Under the pieces are notes generated by a model. That model was not told the DNA's origin and searched no databases. It saw nothing but the letters and a program-made list of their open reading frames with translations. From contig CAYUBJ010000001.1 of NCBI GenBank assembly GCA_964443065.1, forward strand, positions 3,694-67,693: 64,000 bases of DNA. Direction: 5' to 3'. How positions within the stretch are numbered: position 1 is the first letter of the stretch; every line of letters starts with the position of its first letter. The stretch comes from an uncultured Rhodoluna sp. GTDB lineage: Bacteria > Actinomycetota > Actinomycetes > Actinomycetales > Microbacteriaceae. Shown here piece after piece: positions 29,742-39,691 of the stretch. Made by a program: the position numbers and the translations under genes.

Positions 29742-31049
29742 TTGAATTTTAGTGATCTGGGTATTGCCCAAGACATCGTAGAAGCGCTTGCCGAGAAGGG
29801 CATAACCAGCCCCTTCCCCATCCAAGAGCAAGCAATTCCAGTGGCTATGGCAGGTCAAGACCTCATTGGCCAGGCGAAAACCGGAACCGGTAAGACCTTG
29901 GGCTTTGGATTACCAATCCTTGAAAAACTTGGCTTCAAGCCAGATCTTGGAGCAAAGGCCCTGGTGGTTGTGCCGACCAGAGAGCTGGCTATTCAGGTAG
30001 CCGAAGATCTCACTTTGGCAGCCAGCAAGCGTGAAGTTCAGATTGCCGTCATCTATGGTGGTAAAGCCTACGAAGGCCAGTTGGCTCAGATCGATGCCGG
30101 GGCCCAGTTGATTGTGGGAACCCCTGGACGTCTCATCGATCTGCATAACCAGCGCAAACTCGATTTGAGCAAGATTGAAGTGATGGTGCTCGACGAAGCA
30201 GACAAGATGCTGGATCTTGGTTTCTTGCCGGATGTTGAAAAACTGTTCTCGTTCACACCCCAGCAGCGACAGACAATGCTGTTTTCTGCCACCATGCCCG
30301 GGCAGATAGTTTCGCTGGCTAGAAAATATCAGAACAAGCCGGTTCACATTCGCGTAAACGATCCTGACGAAGGTCACACTAAGGCAGACATCAAGCAATT
30401 CTTTTATCGAGCTCACGCGCTAGACAAAGATGAGGTGGTTGCCAGAATCTTGCAGGCCGAAGGTCGAGGCAAAACTGTAATTTTCACTAAGACCAAAAGG
30501 CAGGCTGGTAACTTATGCGAAGAACTGATTCAACGTGGGTTCCGAGCAACCGCTCTGCACGGCGACATGTCTCAAGAAGCGAGAGAAAGATCGCTCACAA
30601 ACTTTAGAACCGGCAAAAAAGAAATCTTGGTTGCTACCGAAGTGGCTGCGCGCGGAATCGATGTCGACGATGTGAGCCATGTGATCAACTACACGGTGCC
30701 GGAAGATGAGAAAGCTTACCTGCACCGCATTGGAAGAACCGGTCGGGCTGGGAAAACCGGTATCGCAATCACTTTTGTTGACTGGGACGATTTGATTCGC
30801 TGGTCGAACATCAACCAAGCTTTGGAATTAGGAGTTCCCGAGCCAATCGAAACCTATTCCTCCTCAGAACACCTCTACACTGATTTGAATATTCCAGCCG
30901 GAACCAAGGGAAGAATTGGCCAGGCACCGGTAGCTAAAACTGAAAAGCCGAAAGTCAAGACTAAACAGGCTGCTCAACGACCAGAAAGAACTGCCGCTCG
31001 CAAACCTCGTAAACGAATCAGAAACTACAAATCTGATCAAAGCGAATGA
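29742..31049 (+). CDS. DEAD-box RNA helicase (RhlE-like)
   Basis: Q motif, AKTGTGKT, PTRELA, DEAD, SAT and HRIGRTGR motifs. Confidence 0.96.
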   Translation: MNFSDLGIAQDIVEALAEKGITSPFPIQEQAIPVAMAGQDLIGQAKTGTGKTLGFGLPILEKLGFKPDLGAKALVVVPTRELAIQVAEDLTLAASKREVQIAVIYGGKAYEGQLAQIDAGAQLIVGTPGRLIDLHNQRKLDLSKIEVMVLDEADKMLDLGFLPDVEKLFSFTPQQRQTMLFSATMPGQIVSLARKYQNKPVHIRVNDPDEGHTKADIKQFFYRAHALDKDEVVARILQAEGRGKTVIFTKTKRQAGNLCEELIQRGFRATALHGDMSQEARERSLTNFRTGKKEILVATEVAARGIDVDDVSHVINYTVPEDEKAYLHRIGRTGRAGKTGIAITFVDWDDLIRWSNINQALELGVPEPIETYSSSEHLYTDLNIPAGTKGRIGQAPVAKTEKPKVKTKQAAQRPERTAARKPRKRIRNYKSDQSE

Positions 31050-31936
31050 TTAAGCACTGGTTCAGTGCCGCTACCAAGTTCTAGTAAACGTCTAAGTTGA
31101 TCAACTTCGGTCAATCGCACTCCGAGCGGATTATCCGGTTTGGCTTTCAGGCCGTGGTAGTCGCTTGAGCCGGTAGTTACTAAACCAAAATCTCTTGCGA
31201 AATCTTCAAATACAACTTTGCGCGCAGCCGTTACCTCAACATGGTTTGTCTCCAAACCGAGCAGTCCAGCATTGACTAATTCAATGAAGTGCTCCCGATT
31301 GAATTCTTTGGGTTGGCCATCCTCATCGTTATCACTTCGGGCTAAAGGATGGGCTATTACCGGCACCCCGCCAGCAGCTCGAACAATACGAATCACATCT
31401 CGAACTTCAGGTGCCTGTGTGCTGACATAGTATTCGGTGCCTTTTTCTAGAATCCCGCTGGCCCAAACATCACTGACCTTCTCGTAGGCTCCGATTTCCA
31501 CCAGGGCCTTGGCTATGTCAGGTCTTCCTAAAGTCGAATCCGCCTGGGCGATAGAAACAACAAGCTCGTAACTTAATTCGGGAAAAGGTTTGCTTAGGTT
31601 GCCAACGTAGGTGCGCATCCGTATTTCTCGTGCCATGCGATTGGCTTTGAGCACTTCTTGCAGCTCAAGGTTAGCTGGGTCTGGCAGGTAGGCAAGAAGA
31701 TGGACCCCGAATGATTTCTCTGGTGGGAATTTGGCTTTAGTAGTTATCTCAACCCCAGGGATAAAGCTCAAACCATGCTTATTGGCTAAGCTTGCGGCTA
31801 GTTCCCAGCCATCGGTTCGGTCATGATCGGTAAGGGCAAAGACATCAATTCCGGCTTCAGCAATCTTGGGCACCAAATCCTCAATGGTGTCATCGCCATC
31901 TGAGTTCTTCGAATGAATGTGAAGATCAATTTTCAT
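31037..31936 (-). CDS. PHP-domain metal-dependent phosphoesterase
   Basis: DLHIHS, TDHD, GVE, AHP and SSDYHG motifs; ATG 31936 with GGAGG RBS. Confidence 0.92.
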   Translation of the reverse strand: MKIDLHIHSKNSDGDDTIEDLVPKIAEAGIDVFALTDHDRTDGWELAASLANKHGLSFIPGVEITTKAKFPPEKSFGVHLLAYLPDPANLELQEVLKANRMAREIRMRTYVGNLSKPFPELSYELVVSIAQADSTLGRPDIAKALVEIGAYEKVSDVWASGILEKGTEYYVSTQAPEVRDVIRIVRAAGGVPVIAHPLARSDNDEDGQPKEFNREHFIELVNAGLLGLETNHVEVTAARKVVFEDFARDFGLVTTGSSDYHGLKAKPDNPLGVRLTEVDQLRRLLELGSGTEPVLNHSL

Positions 31937-31992
31937 GTTGCCTCCGTGCCACAAATTACAGCCTATTGCCTGATAAATGGCAGAATAAACAC

Positions 31993-33405
31993 ATGAGCAA
32001 AGACGCATCGGCAAAATTGGCTGCCAGAAACGCAGCTAGATCGCAACGACCAACTGGAAACAAGTTCGTCAAATACATCGGTAGCAACTGGGCCGAAGAT
32101 AAATCTCCTCTCCCAAAAAGACACAAGGTTGCCCCGTTTGCAGCTAAGCGCAGAGAGACTGTTGCTAAACACTTTGAGGGCAAGGTAATTGTTATTGAAG
32201 CTGGTTCGGAAAAGGTTCGTTCCAACGACACCAACTATCGTTTCCGCCCGCACTCTGCTTTTGCCCATCTAACCGGTTGGGGTAACCAAACGGTTCCAGA
32301 CTCTGTTCTCGTAATCGATGCGCGAACCAAGAAAACAAAAACTACTCTTTACTTCCGTGAGACTGCAGGTAAAAATACCGACGAGTTTTTTGCTAACTCG
32401 GCCATCGGTGAGTTCTGGGTTGGATTCCGCCCTGGGCTAAAGCACGTTGAAGCGCTGCTTGGCATCACAACTAAGTCGCTGCATAAGCTAGACGACGATT
32501 TGAAAGCAATCGATAAGAAGCTAGTTCTGACACTGGAAAAAAGTACCAAGCTGGTTGAGTTTGTTTCAGAACTACGCCTAATCAAAGACTCTTACGAAAT
32601 CGAAGAGATGAAAAAAGCTGTCAATGCTTCAATCAAAGGATTCGAAAGAGTTGTCAAGCAACTGAAGAAGGCAACCAAGCATCCTCGCGGTGAGCGTATT
32701 GTCGAAGGAGCATTCTTCGCAGAGGCTCGCGCTGAAGGAAATGACTTAGGTTATGAAACGATTGCCGCCGCAGGTCATCACGCCTGCACATTGCATTGGA
32801 TCATAAACGACGGACCTGTGGTGCCTGGCGAACTCCTACTTCTCGATGCCGGAGTAGAAGTTGACTCGCTATACACCGCAGACGTGACAAGAACTATTCC
32901 AATCAACGGCAAGTTCAATAAGGTGCAGAAGGAAATCTACCTTGCCGTGCTTGAAGCTGCCGATGCGGTATTCGCAATTGCTAAGCCTGGAGTTACCTAC
33001 TCAGAAATGCACAAAGCCGCGATGCAGGTGATTGCTAGAAAGACTGCTGAGTGGGGCTTTTATAAAGGTGGCTACGAAGAGTCACTTAAACCTGAGAACC
33101 AGTGGCACCGACGCTGGATGATTCACGGCACTGGTCACCATCTAGGGCTAGATGTGCACGACTGTGCTCAAGCCAGAAGAGAGATGTATCACGATCACAA
33201 ACTTGAAGAAGGCATGATCTTCACCATCGAGCCAGGTCTTTACTTCCACAAAGACGACCTTATGGTGCCAAAAGAATTCCGTGGCATCGGTGTGCGAATC
33301 GAAGACGATGTTCTGGTAACCAAGAACGGTGTGGTCAACCTAAGTGGCAAGCTGCCTAGAAAGCCTAAGGAAATCGAAGACTGGATGAAAAAGCTCCGCG
33401 GCTAA
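31993..33405 (+). CDS. pepP: Xaa-Pro aminopeptidase (M24B)
   Basis: DAG, YTADVT, HGTGHHLGLDVHD, TIEPG and RIEDD metal ligands. Confidence 0.93.
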   Translation: MSKDASAKLAARNAARSQRPTGNKFVKYIGSNWAEDKSPLPKRHKVAPFAAKRRETVAKHFEGKVIVIEAGSEKVRSNDTNYRFRPHSAFAHLTGWGNQTVPDSVLVIDARTKKTKTTLYFRETAGKNTDEFFANSAIGEFWVGFRPGLKHVEALLGITTKSLHKLDDDLKAIDKKLVLTLEKSTKLVEFVSELRLIKDSYEIEEMKKAVNASIKGFERVVKQLKKATKHPRGERIVEGAFFAEARAEGNDLGYETIAAAGHHACTLHWIINDGPVVPGELLLLDAGVEVDSLYTADVTRTIPINGKFNKVQKEIYLAVLEAADAVFAIAKPGVTYSEMHKAAMQVIARKTAEWGFYKGGYEESLKPENQWHRRWMIHGTGHHLGLDVHDCAQARREMYHDHKLEEGMIFTIEPGLYFHKDDLMVPKEFRGIGVRIEDDVLVTKNGVVNLSGKLPRKPKEIEDWMKKLRG

Positions 33406-33899
33406 GGCTGTTGCTGAGCACCCTTGTTATAAGCCATCTGGACATCAGCGGTTAGTTCTTCTGGAACTATTACTTCGTATTTGGCGGCAACCACAAGTGA
33501 CCCGCTTGAGAAAGTCCGCTTATTCTTGACCAAGCTGAATCTGATTACTTGAAGTAGCATTCCAATTCCAGCACCAATTAGAAGTGCAGAACCCAGGTTC
33601 AGTTGTGTCGTGGATTGATCTGGGCTGGCACCAAAAAGCAGAAAGAAAAGCAGGCCTATCCAAACACCTGTCATTGCTCCGGTAAATGCCACCCTCCCGT
33701 AATTCACTTTTCCTCTAACCCGCTCAACAGTTGAAAGGTTGGAGCCGACTATAGCTATCGCGTTGGCTGGAAAATCCCCACGTATGATTTGCTCAACATA
33801 GGCAACGGCATCGGCATAGTTAGTGAAATTAGCTACTGCTGTCCCATGCGGTAGCGCATTTGCCACACCAGTTGGTCTCAGAGGGTTTCTTTTTGCCAT
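33402..33899 (-). CDS. General stress protein 17M-like membrane protein
   Basis: Y.DA...FP...IAIVG..L..VERV, two TM helices, A.KYEV motif. Confidence 0.8.
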   Translation of the reverse strand: MAKRNPLRPTGVANALPHGTAVANFTNYADAVAYVEQIIRGDFPANAIAIVGSNLSTVERVRGKVNYGRVAFTGAMTGVWIGLLFFLLFGASPDQSTTQLNLGSALLIGAGIGMLLQVIRFSLVKNKRTFSSGSLVVAAKYEVIVPEELTADVQMAYNKGAQQQP

Positions 33900-33944
33900 G
33901 TAACTAGTCTGCCAGAGTTGCCAAGGCTCGTCTAAGGTTAACCT

Positions 33945-35189
33945 GTGAGTGCAACTAGAGTATTTGTCGCCCGGCTAGCAGGCTGCGGCGTCTTCGATCC
34001 AGTCGGTGACCGCGTTGGCAAGGTCATTGATGTGCTAGTCGCATACCAGTCGCATGGAGCGCCAAGAACTACTGGAATGCTGGTGGAAATCACCGGTCGC
34101 AGACGTGTGTTTGTTCCGATTGCCAGGGTCACCTCAATCGTGCCTGGTCAGGTTATAACCAACGGCCTTATTGATCTCCGACGCTTCACTCAACGAGGAC
34201 AGGAGCAAAGGGTCATCGCCGAGATGCTCGGTCGTAAAGTGACTCTCCGTGATGGATCTGGCAAAGCCAGCATTGAAGATCTAGCCATTGAACGGAATGA
34301 GAAAAAGGATTGGATTGTTAGCGATCTTTTCCTGAGAAGGCCTAAAACTTCAGCTTCGCCATTTAGTCGCGGACAAACCCTATTCGCCGACTGGTCTGAA
34401 GTAACCGAGGATAAGGATTCAGAAGAATCCCAATCAGCGGAGCAACTTATCGCCACCTTCTCGGAGATGCTCCCAGCCGACCTAGCTAGCGCACTGCTAG
34501 ATCTGCCAGAAGATCGCATGCTTGAAGTCGCTGAGGAGCTCGATGATGAGCGACTTGCGGATGTCTTGGAAGAGCTACCGGAAGAAGAGCAGATTGAGAT
34601 TGTTCAGGACCTGGATGATCAGCGTGCCGCAGAGGTTTTGGATCTGATGCAGCCTGATGATGCTGCCGACCTTATGCAAAACCTGCCAGAAGATCGTGCT
34701 GAAGCCATTCTGGAGCTAATGGATGAGGAAGAAGCAGAGGACCTTCGTCGACTTATGCAGTTTGATGAGCTCACCGCTGGTGGTCTGATGACTTCTGAAC
34801 CAGTCATCTGTTCAGCGGATGCCACTGTGGCCGAGGCGATGGCTCTGATTCGCCGCAAAGAAGTAGCACCGGCTCTAGCTGCTTCAGTGTTTGTCACTTT
34901 GCCACCGCACGAAACACCTACTGGAAGATATTTAGGCATGGTTCATTTCCAGAGGTTGCTTCGTTATCCACCGCATGAGAGACTAGGAACGATTCTGGAT
35001 ACCGATGTTGAAGCGGTAAGTGCAGAAACCCACATTTCCAAAATTCACCGAACCCTAGCAAACTACAACCTTGTTGCGCTGCCGGTGGTAGACCGCGAAA
35101 ATCACCTAATTGGTGTTGTCACCGTTGATGACGTTTTGGATCACCTACTGCCAGATGACTGGAGAACTGAAGATGAAGGAGGAATCTAA
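33945..35189 (+). CDS. MgtE intracellular domain / CBS protein (no transmembrane domain)
   Basis: PRC-like N-terminus, acidic MgtE_N helices (PDDAAD), TAGGLMT and CBS pair ending VTVDDVLD. Confidence 0.9.
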   Translation: MSATRVFVARLAGCGVFDPVGDRVGKVIDVLVAYQSHGAPRTTGMLVEITGRRRVFVPIARVTSIVPGQVITNGLIDLRRFTQRGQEQRVIAEMLGRKVTLRDGSGKASIEDLAIERNEKKDWIVSDLFLRRPKTSASPFSRGQTLFADWSEVTEDKDSEESQSAEQLIATFSEMLPADLASALLDLPEDRMLEVAEELDDERLADVLEELPEEEQIEIVQDLDDQRAAEVLDLMQPDDAADLMQNLPEDRAEAILELMDEEEAEDLRRLMQFDELTAGGLMTSEPVICSADATVAEAMALIRRKEVAPALAASVFVTLPPHETPTGRYLGMVHFQRLLRYPPHERLGTILDTDVEAVSAETHISKIHRTLANYNLVALPVVDRENHLIGVVTVDDVLDHLLPDDWRTEDEGGI

Positions 35190-35701
35190 TGGCAAAGAAG
35201 CGTCAGGCCCTAGATACTCCTATGCTTGGCAAGCGTAATCCGCTTGTTCCAAGAATTGACCGCGAGCGTTTCGGTCGAGCATCCGAAGCCTTTGCTAGAG
35301 CACTAGGTACCGGTGGCTTCCTTATTGGGCTCACCGTTTTCTGTATAGTTTGGCTGGTTTGGAATACCGTCCTACCTACCGAAGTTGCCTTCGACCCTAG
35401 AGCAACGAACTTCACTTTGCTAACGCTACTGCTTTCTCTTCAGGCGTCATACGCGGCGCCACTTATCCTGTTGGCTCAAAATCGTCAGGATGACCGTGAC
35501 CGAGTCAAGACTGAACAGGACCGCCAAAGAGCAGAGAGAAACCTTGCCGACACCGAGTATCTGGCTCGTGAAGTTGTCGCGCTGCGTCTAGCTATGGAAG
35601 AGGTCGCCACAAAAGAGTTTGTCCGCGATGAAATGCGGGAAATGCTTGAAGAGATGCTCGAGGAGATTAAGAAGCAAAACCGAGCAAACGAAAAGAACTG
35701 A
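35189..35701 (+). CDS. DUF1003 membrane protein
   Basis: LLTLLLSLQASYAAPLILLAQNRQ signature. Confidence 0.93.
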   Translation: MAKKRQALDTPMLGKRNPLVPRIDRERFGRASEAFARALGTGGFLIGLTVFCIVWLVWNTVLPTEVAFDPRATNFTLLTLLLSLQASYAAPLILLAQNRQDDRDRVKTEQDRQRAERNLADTEYLAREVVALRLAMEEVATKEFVRDEMREMLEEMLEEIKKQNRANEKN

Positions 35702-36816
35702 TGACTGACATTAAGTCACAGGTCTTGCTAGCCCTAGCTAAAGTCACTGATCCAGAGCTTGGGTTACCAATCACCGAATTGGGCATGGTGGGCGATCTCG
35801 GCTTCGATTCAGATTCGATATCTGTTGAAATCAAATTGACCGTCTCACATTGCCCGATGAGAGATCAAATCGAGTCTGAAGTAATTCAGGTTTTGTCTCA
35901 GGAGTTTCCAACTAGAACCGTGAATCTTCAGATGGCGGTGATGAGCAAAGCTGAACTTGATGAACTGAAAGTTAGGCTGCGTGGTAAACAAAAGCAGAAC
36001 CCGTTCGGTCCTGGCTCTTCGACTCGAGTGATTCTTATTGGTTCCGGTAAAGGTGGAGTTGGTAAGAGCACAATCACAGCCAATCTCGCTGTAGCCCTGG
36101 CAAACGGTGGCTACCAAGTTGGTTTGATTGATGCCGACATCTTTGGTTTTAGCATCACTAGATTGATGGGGATCAAAGCCAAACCAACTCGACTGGACGA
36201 CATGATGCTTCCCCCGATAAGTTACGGCGTAAAAGTGATTTCGATTGGGATGTTTTTAGATGACAACGAGGCGATCTCCTGGCGCGGTCCAATGTTGCAT
36301 AAAGCAATCGAACAGTTCCTCACCGATGTTTACTGGGGAGATTTAGACTTCCTACTTATTGACATGCCACCTGGCACCGGAGATGTTGCAATATCTATCG
36401 GGCAATTACTGCCAAATGCAAAAACAATTGTGGTGACTACAGCCGCCACCGCGGCTAGCCAGGTAGCCGTGCGAAGTGCGATGGCCGCCAGTAAGGCTGG
36501 GCATGAAATCATCGGTGTAGTTGAGAACATGAGTTGGCTACTGGACGGCGAGGGGAAAAAACAAGCTCTGTTCGGTTCCGGCGGAGGGGATGCCTTAGTT
36601 GCCGAACTATCCCGATATACCAATCAAGTCGTTCCCCTATTAGCGCAGATCCCAATTAGCACTGAACTTTCCGAAAGTGCTGAGGCGGGCAGGCCTCTGC
36701 TAACCCGCGCCAACAGTGATGAAGCGGCAAATACCCTGCAAGGATTAGCCGGATTGATAGCTCAGACCAAACTTTCGAAAGACCAGCGTGAACTGAAGGT
36801 TAAACTAAAACCATGA
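35701..36816 (+). CDS. mrp: Mrp/NBP35 P-loop ATPase with N-terminal DUF59
   Basis: DPEL..PITELGMV, CP, GKGGVGKS, WRGPML, DMPPGTGD and ENMS motifs. Confidence 0.95.
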   Translation: MTDIKSQVLLALAKVTDPELGLPITELGMVGDLGFDSDSISVEIKLTVSHCPMRDQIESEVIQVLSQEFPTRTVNLQMAVMSKAELDELKVRLRGKQKQNPFGPGSSTRVILIGSGKGGVGKSTITANLAVALANGGYQVGLIDADIFGFSITRLMGIKAKPTRLDDMMLPPISYGVKVISIGMFLDDNEAISWRGPMLHKAIEQFLTDVYWGDLDFLLIDMPPGTGDVAISIGQLLPNAKTIVVTTAATAASQVAVRSAMAASKAGHEIIGVVENMSWLLDGEGKKQALFGSGGGDALVAELSRYTNQVVPLLAQIPISTELSESAEAGRPLLTRANSDEAANTLQGLAGLIAQTKLSKDQRELKVKLKP

Positions 36817-38333
36817 GCGAAACCTCGATCGATTCCCTAATCCGCCATTTCGGCCAAACCGCAAAGACTATCCAGATCAACAACCCAAACACTGGAAAGC
36901 TCATCTATGAGCTACCCCAGCTATCAGCAGCAGATGTTGAATTAGCGGTAGCCAATGCTCGACTGGCTCAAGCCGATTGGGCGGAAACCCCAGTTGGCCA
37001 AAGAAGTGCCATCATGTTCCGCCTACACGATTTGATTTTGGCTGAACAAGACAAACTCATGGACATCATCCAATTGGAAACAGGTAAGGCAAGAGCTCAT
37101 GCGTTTGAGGAGATTGCTGGTGCACTCGGGGCCTCTAGATACTTTGCCAAGATTGCTAAAAAAGCGCTGAAGCCTTCAAAGACGATTGCCGGGGTTCCGC
37201 TTTTGACCAGAACCTGGGTTAACCATGTTCCAGTTGGAGTCGTTGGAGTTATCACACCGTGGAACTATCCGCTTGCTCTTGCTGCTCTCGACGTATTACC
37301 TGCACTGGTGGCAGGAAACGCAGTGGTGCAAAAGCCAGACAATCAAACCACACTGATTTCCCTTTTTGTTAGACACTTAGCTGTTAAGGCTGGACTAAAT
37401 CCCAAACTTTGGACAATTGTGGTCGGTGATGCTGCCGAAGTTGGCGATGCCCTCACCGACTCAGTGGATTACGTCGCTTTCACTGGAAGTGCGAAAACCG
37501 GCAAGCATGTTGCATCCCGAGCCGCAGCCAGATTGATCCCCTTTAGCCTTGAACTCGGAGGAAAGAACCCGCTGATAGTTCTGCGTTCTGCCGACCTTCA
37601 CAAGGCAGCTGACATTCTCATTGGTGGCGCTTTTGGTAGTGCTGGCCAGCTCTGCGTTTCAATTGAACGAGCCTACGTTCCGATCGAACTAAAGGAACGA
37701 TTCGAGACGATACTCAAGGAAAAGGTAACCAACCTAAAACTTGGTACCAGTAGCGATTTCACCATCGATATCGGCTCACTAACAGGCCCTAATCAACTTA
37801 GGAGAGTAAGTGACTTCATCCAAGATGCCATAACTAAAGGCGCAAAGGTTGTTGCTGGTGGATACCAGCTACCAGAACTTGGTCCATATTTTTATGCGCC
37901 AACAGTGCTAACCGAAGTTACCGATGAAATGAAATTGCATGAAAACGAGGTTTTCGGCCCACTGGTATCTATTTATGGCTACCAGGACATCGATGAAGCC
38001 GTGGCACTAGCCAACCAAACCACAGAGGGTCTAAACGCTTCGGTTGTCGGCAAGACTGCAGAGGCTACAAAAGTTGCCAAGCGAATCATGGCCGGAACGG
38101 TAAACATCAACGAGGGTTTCCGAGCGACATTTGCCTCACTTGACACACCGATGGGCGGAATGAAAAATTCTGGTCACGGAAGAAGAAACGGCGTTGATGG
38201 ACTTCTGAAATATACCGAGGCTCAGGCCATTGGTATTCATCGCGGAGTACTTGAATTTCCGAGCCGTGGTTCGCAATACAACAAAATGGCACCGCTACTG
38301 AACCTGCTGGCCAAGATCATGAAGCGTATCTAG
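36813..38333 (+). CDS. Aldehyde dehydrogenase, succinate-semialdehyde dehydrogenase-like
   Basis: ITPWNYP, FTGS, LELGGK, GQLCVS and EVFGP motifs. Confidence 0.9.
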   Translation: MSETSIDSLIRHFGQTAKTIQINNPNTGKLIYELPQLSAADVELAVANARLAQADWAETPVGQRSAIMFRLHDLILAEQDKLMDIIQLETGKARAHAFEEIAGALGASRYFAKIAKKALKPSKTIAGVPLLTRTWVNHVPVGVVGVITPWNYPLALAALDVLPALVAGNAVVQKPDNQTTLISLFVRHLAVKAGLNPKLWTIVVGDAAEVGDALTDSVDYVAFTGSAKTGKHVASRAAARLIPFSLELGGKNPLIVLRSADLHKAADILIGGAFGSAGQLCVSIERAYVPIELKERFETILKEKVTNLKLGTSSDFTIDIGSLTGPNQLRRVSDFIQDAITKGAKVVAGGYQLPELGPYFYAPTVLTEVTDEMKLHENEVFGPLVSIYGYQDIDEAVALANQTTEGLNASVVGKTAEATKVAKRIMAGTVNINEGFRATFASLDTPMGGMKNSGHGRRNGVDGLLKYTEAQAIGIHRGVLEFPSRGSQYNKMAPLLNLLAKIMKRI

Positions 38334-38683
38334 GTAGCCTCTATATCAAAAGGTGGAACTTCACCAGCATTTAGAGTTGGTTGTGGTTTTGACTTAACTT
38401 GATTTAGTTCAGAGTGTTTGACTGCTGGTTCGTCTTCCAATAGCGCTTCTCGGATAATCCTTCTGGGGTCGTATTGTCTTGGATCGAGCTTCTTCCAGTC
38501 AAGATCTTCAAAACCTTCACCCAGTTCATCCCGCATCTGCTCTTGGGCTGAATTAGCCATCGATCTCATTTTCTTGATGAATTGAGCAAAAGACTTTGCG
38601 TATCTGGGTAAGCGTTCAGGACCTAGGATAAACACCGCTAGGACCAGCAAGATAAGTATCTTTTCGCTAGATAGACCAAACAC
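38330..38683 (-). CDS. tatB: Sec-independent translocase TatB
   Basis: MFGLS.E, ILGPERLP, LDPRQYDPRRI and PFDIEAT motifs. Confidence 0.93.
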   Translation of the reverse strand: MFGLSSEKILILLVLAVFILGPERLPRYAKSFAQFIKKMRSMANSAQEQMRDELGEGFEDLDWKKLDPRQYDPRRIIREALLEDEPAVKHSELNQVKSKPQPTLNAGEVPPFDIEAT

Positions 38684-38749
38684 CTTTAAAGGTTACTCGC
38701 TTGTCCTGCCAGTACTAAACCAGTTGCCCAGATATGCTCTATATCAGAG

Positions 38750-39382
38750 ATGGTTGACAAGATAACTAGTTGGAAATTCGCTGAGGACTACATCGAAGAG
38801 CCTCAGGTGATTGCCCGTGCCAGGGCTAGAGCCGAGGAGCTCGGTATAGAATCGGTGACTCCAAGTGTTGGCGCTCACCTTAGTTTGCTGGTGAACGCAA
38901 CCAATGCCAAAGCTGTGGTTGAGGTTGGCACTGGAGCTGGAGTCTCAGGCCTTTGGTTGCTCTCTGGCAATCAAAATGTGGTGCTAGCTAGCATCGAAAC
39001 CGAAAGCGAATACCAAAACCAAGCAAAAGTTGCTTTCAATCAGGCTGGAATACCTTCGTCACGGCTTCGCCTTATCAATGGCAAATCAATTGAAGTTCTG
39101 ACTAATTTAGCCGATGAGGCCTATGACCTCGTTTTACTTGATGGTGATCGGGAAACCCTCGTTGAGCAGGTCGGTCAGTGTCTAAGGCTTCTTCGACCGG
39201 GCGGAATTTTGGCTATCGCGCACGCCCTCTGGCGAGATCGAGTGCCGGATGCTGTGCTGCGCGATGACAACACTCTGGTTTTTCGACAGGTCCTAGAAAC
39301 CATCGCAAACATAGACCAATTCATTCCCGTGCTTTCACCTGTCGGCGATGGTTTGCTTTTAGCCAGCAAGCGCCAACGTTAA
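38750..39382 (+). CDS. SAM-dependent O-methyltransferase (Rv1220c-like)
   Basis: VEVGTGAGVSG, YDLVLLDG, LRPGG and PVGDGLL motifs. Confidence 0.9.
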   Translation: MVDKITSWKFAEDYIEEPQVIARARARAEELGIESVTPSVGAHLSLLVNATNAKAVVEVGTGAGVSGLWLLSGNQNVVLASIETESEYQNQAKVAFNQAGIPSSRLRLINGKSIEVLTNLADEAYDLVLLDGDRETLVEQVGQCLRLLRPGGILAIAHALWRDRVPDAVLRDDNTLVFRQVLETIANIDQFIPVLSPVGDGLLLASKRQR

Positions 39383-39388
39383 AAACAA

Positions 39389-39413
39389 AAACCACCTGGT
39401 TCGCAGGTGGTTT
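39389..39413. terminator. Bidirectional intrinsic terminator
   Basis: AAACCACCTG-GTTCG-CAGGTGGTTT between convergent genes, with A/T tracts flanking. Confidence 0.85.
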
Positions 39414-39431
39414 CCAACAGCTACTAAATTC

Positions 39432-39605
39432 TTAGCGCTTCTTTATTCCGGCAAGCACCTTTTTGAGGGCTTCTACCTCGTCGTCGTTCACAGAGATCAC
39501 CAAGCGACCGCCACCTTCTAGTGGAATTCGCAAGACGATAAGTCCCCGTGCTTCACGTTCGGCTTCCATTGGACCGTCGCCGGTACGTGGCTTCATTGCT
39601 GCCAT
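39432..39605 (-). CDS. DUF3117 small protein (57 aa)
   Basis: Not in ORF track (<60 aa). Manual translation MAAMKPRTGDGPMEAEREARGLIVLRIPLEGGGRLVISVNDDEVEALKKVLAGIKKR; AAGGAG RBS. Confidence 0.95.
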   Translation of the reverse strand: MAAMKPRTGDGPMEAEREARGLIVLRIPLEGGGRLVISVNDDEVEALKKVLAGIKKR

Positions 39606-39691
39606 TGATACTCCTTGATGCTTTTGCGCTGAACTTCTATTAAACCACGCCGAAGTGGCCCTTTTTAGGGGCTAAAGCAAACTGTTAGATT

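Noticed and set aside
35701-36816. Mrp lacking the C-terminal CxxC after ENMS
   Set aside because: This is a common state in actinobacterial Mrp proteins, not specific to this genome.
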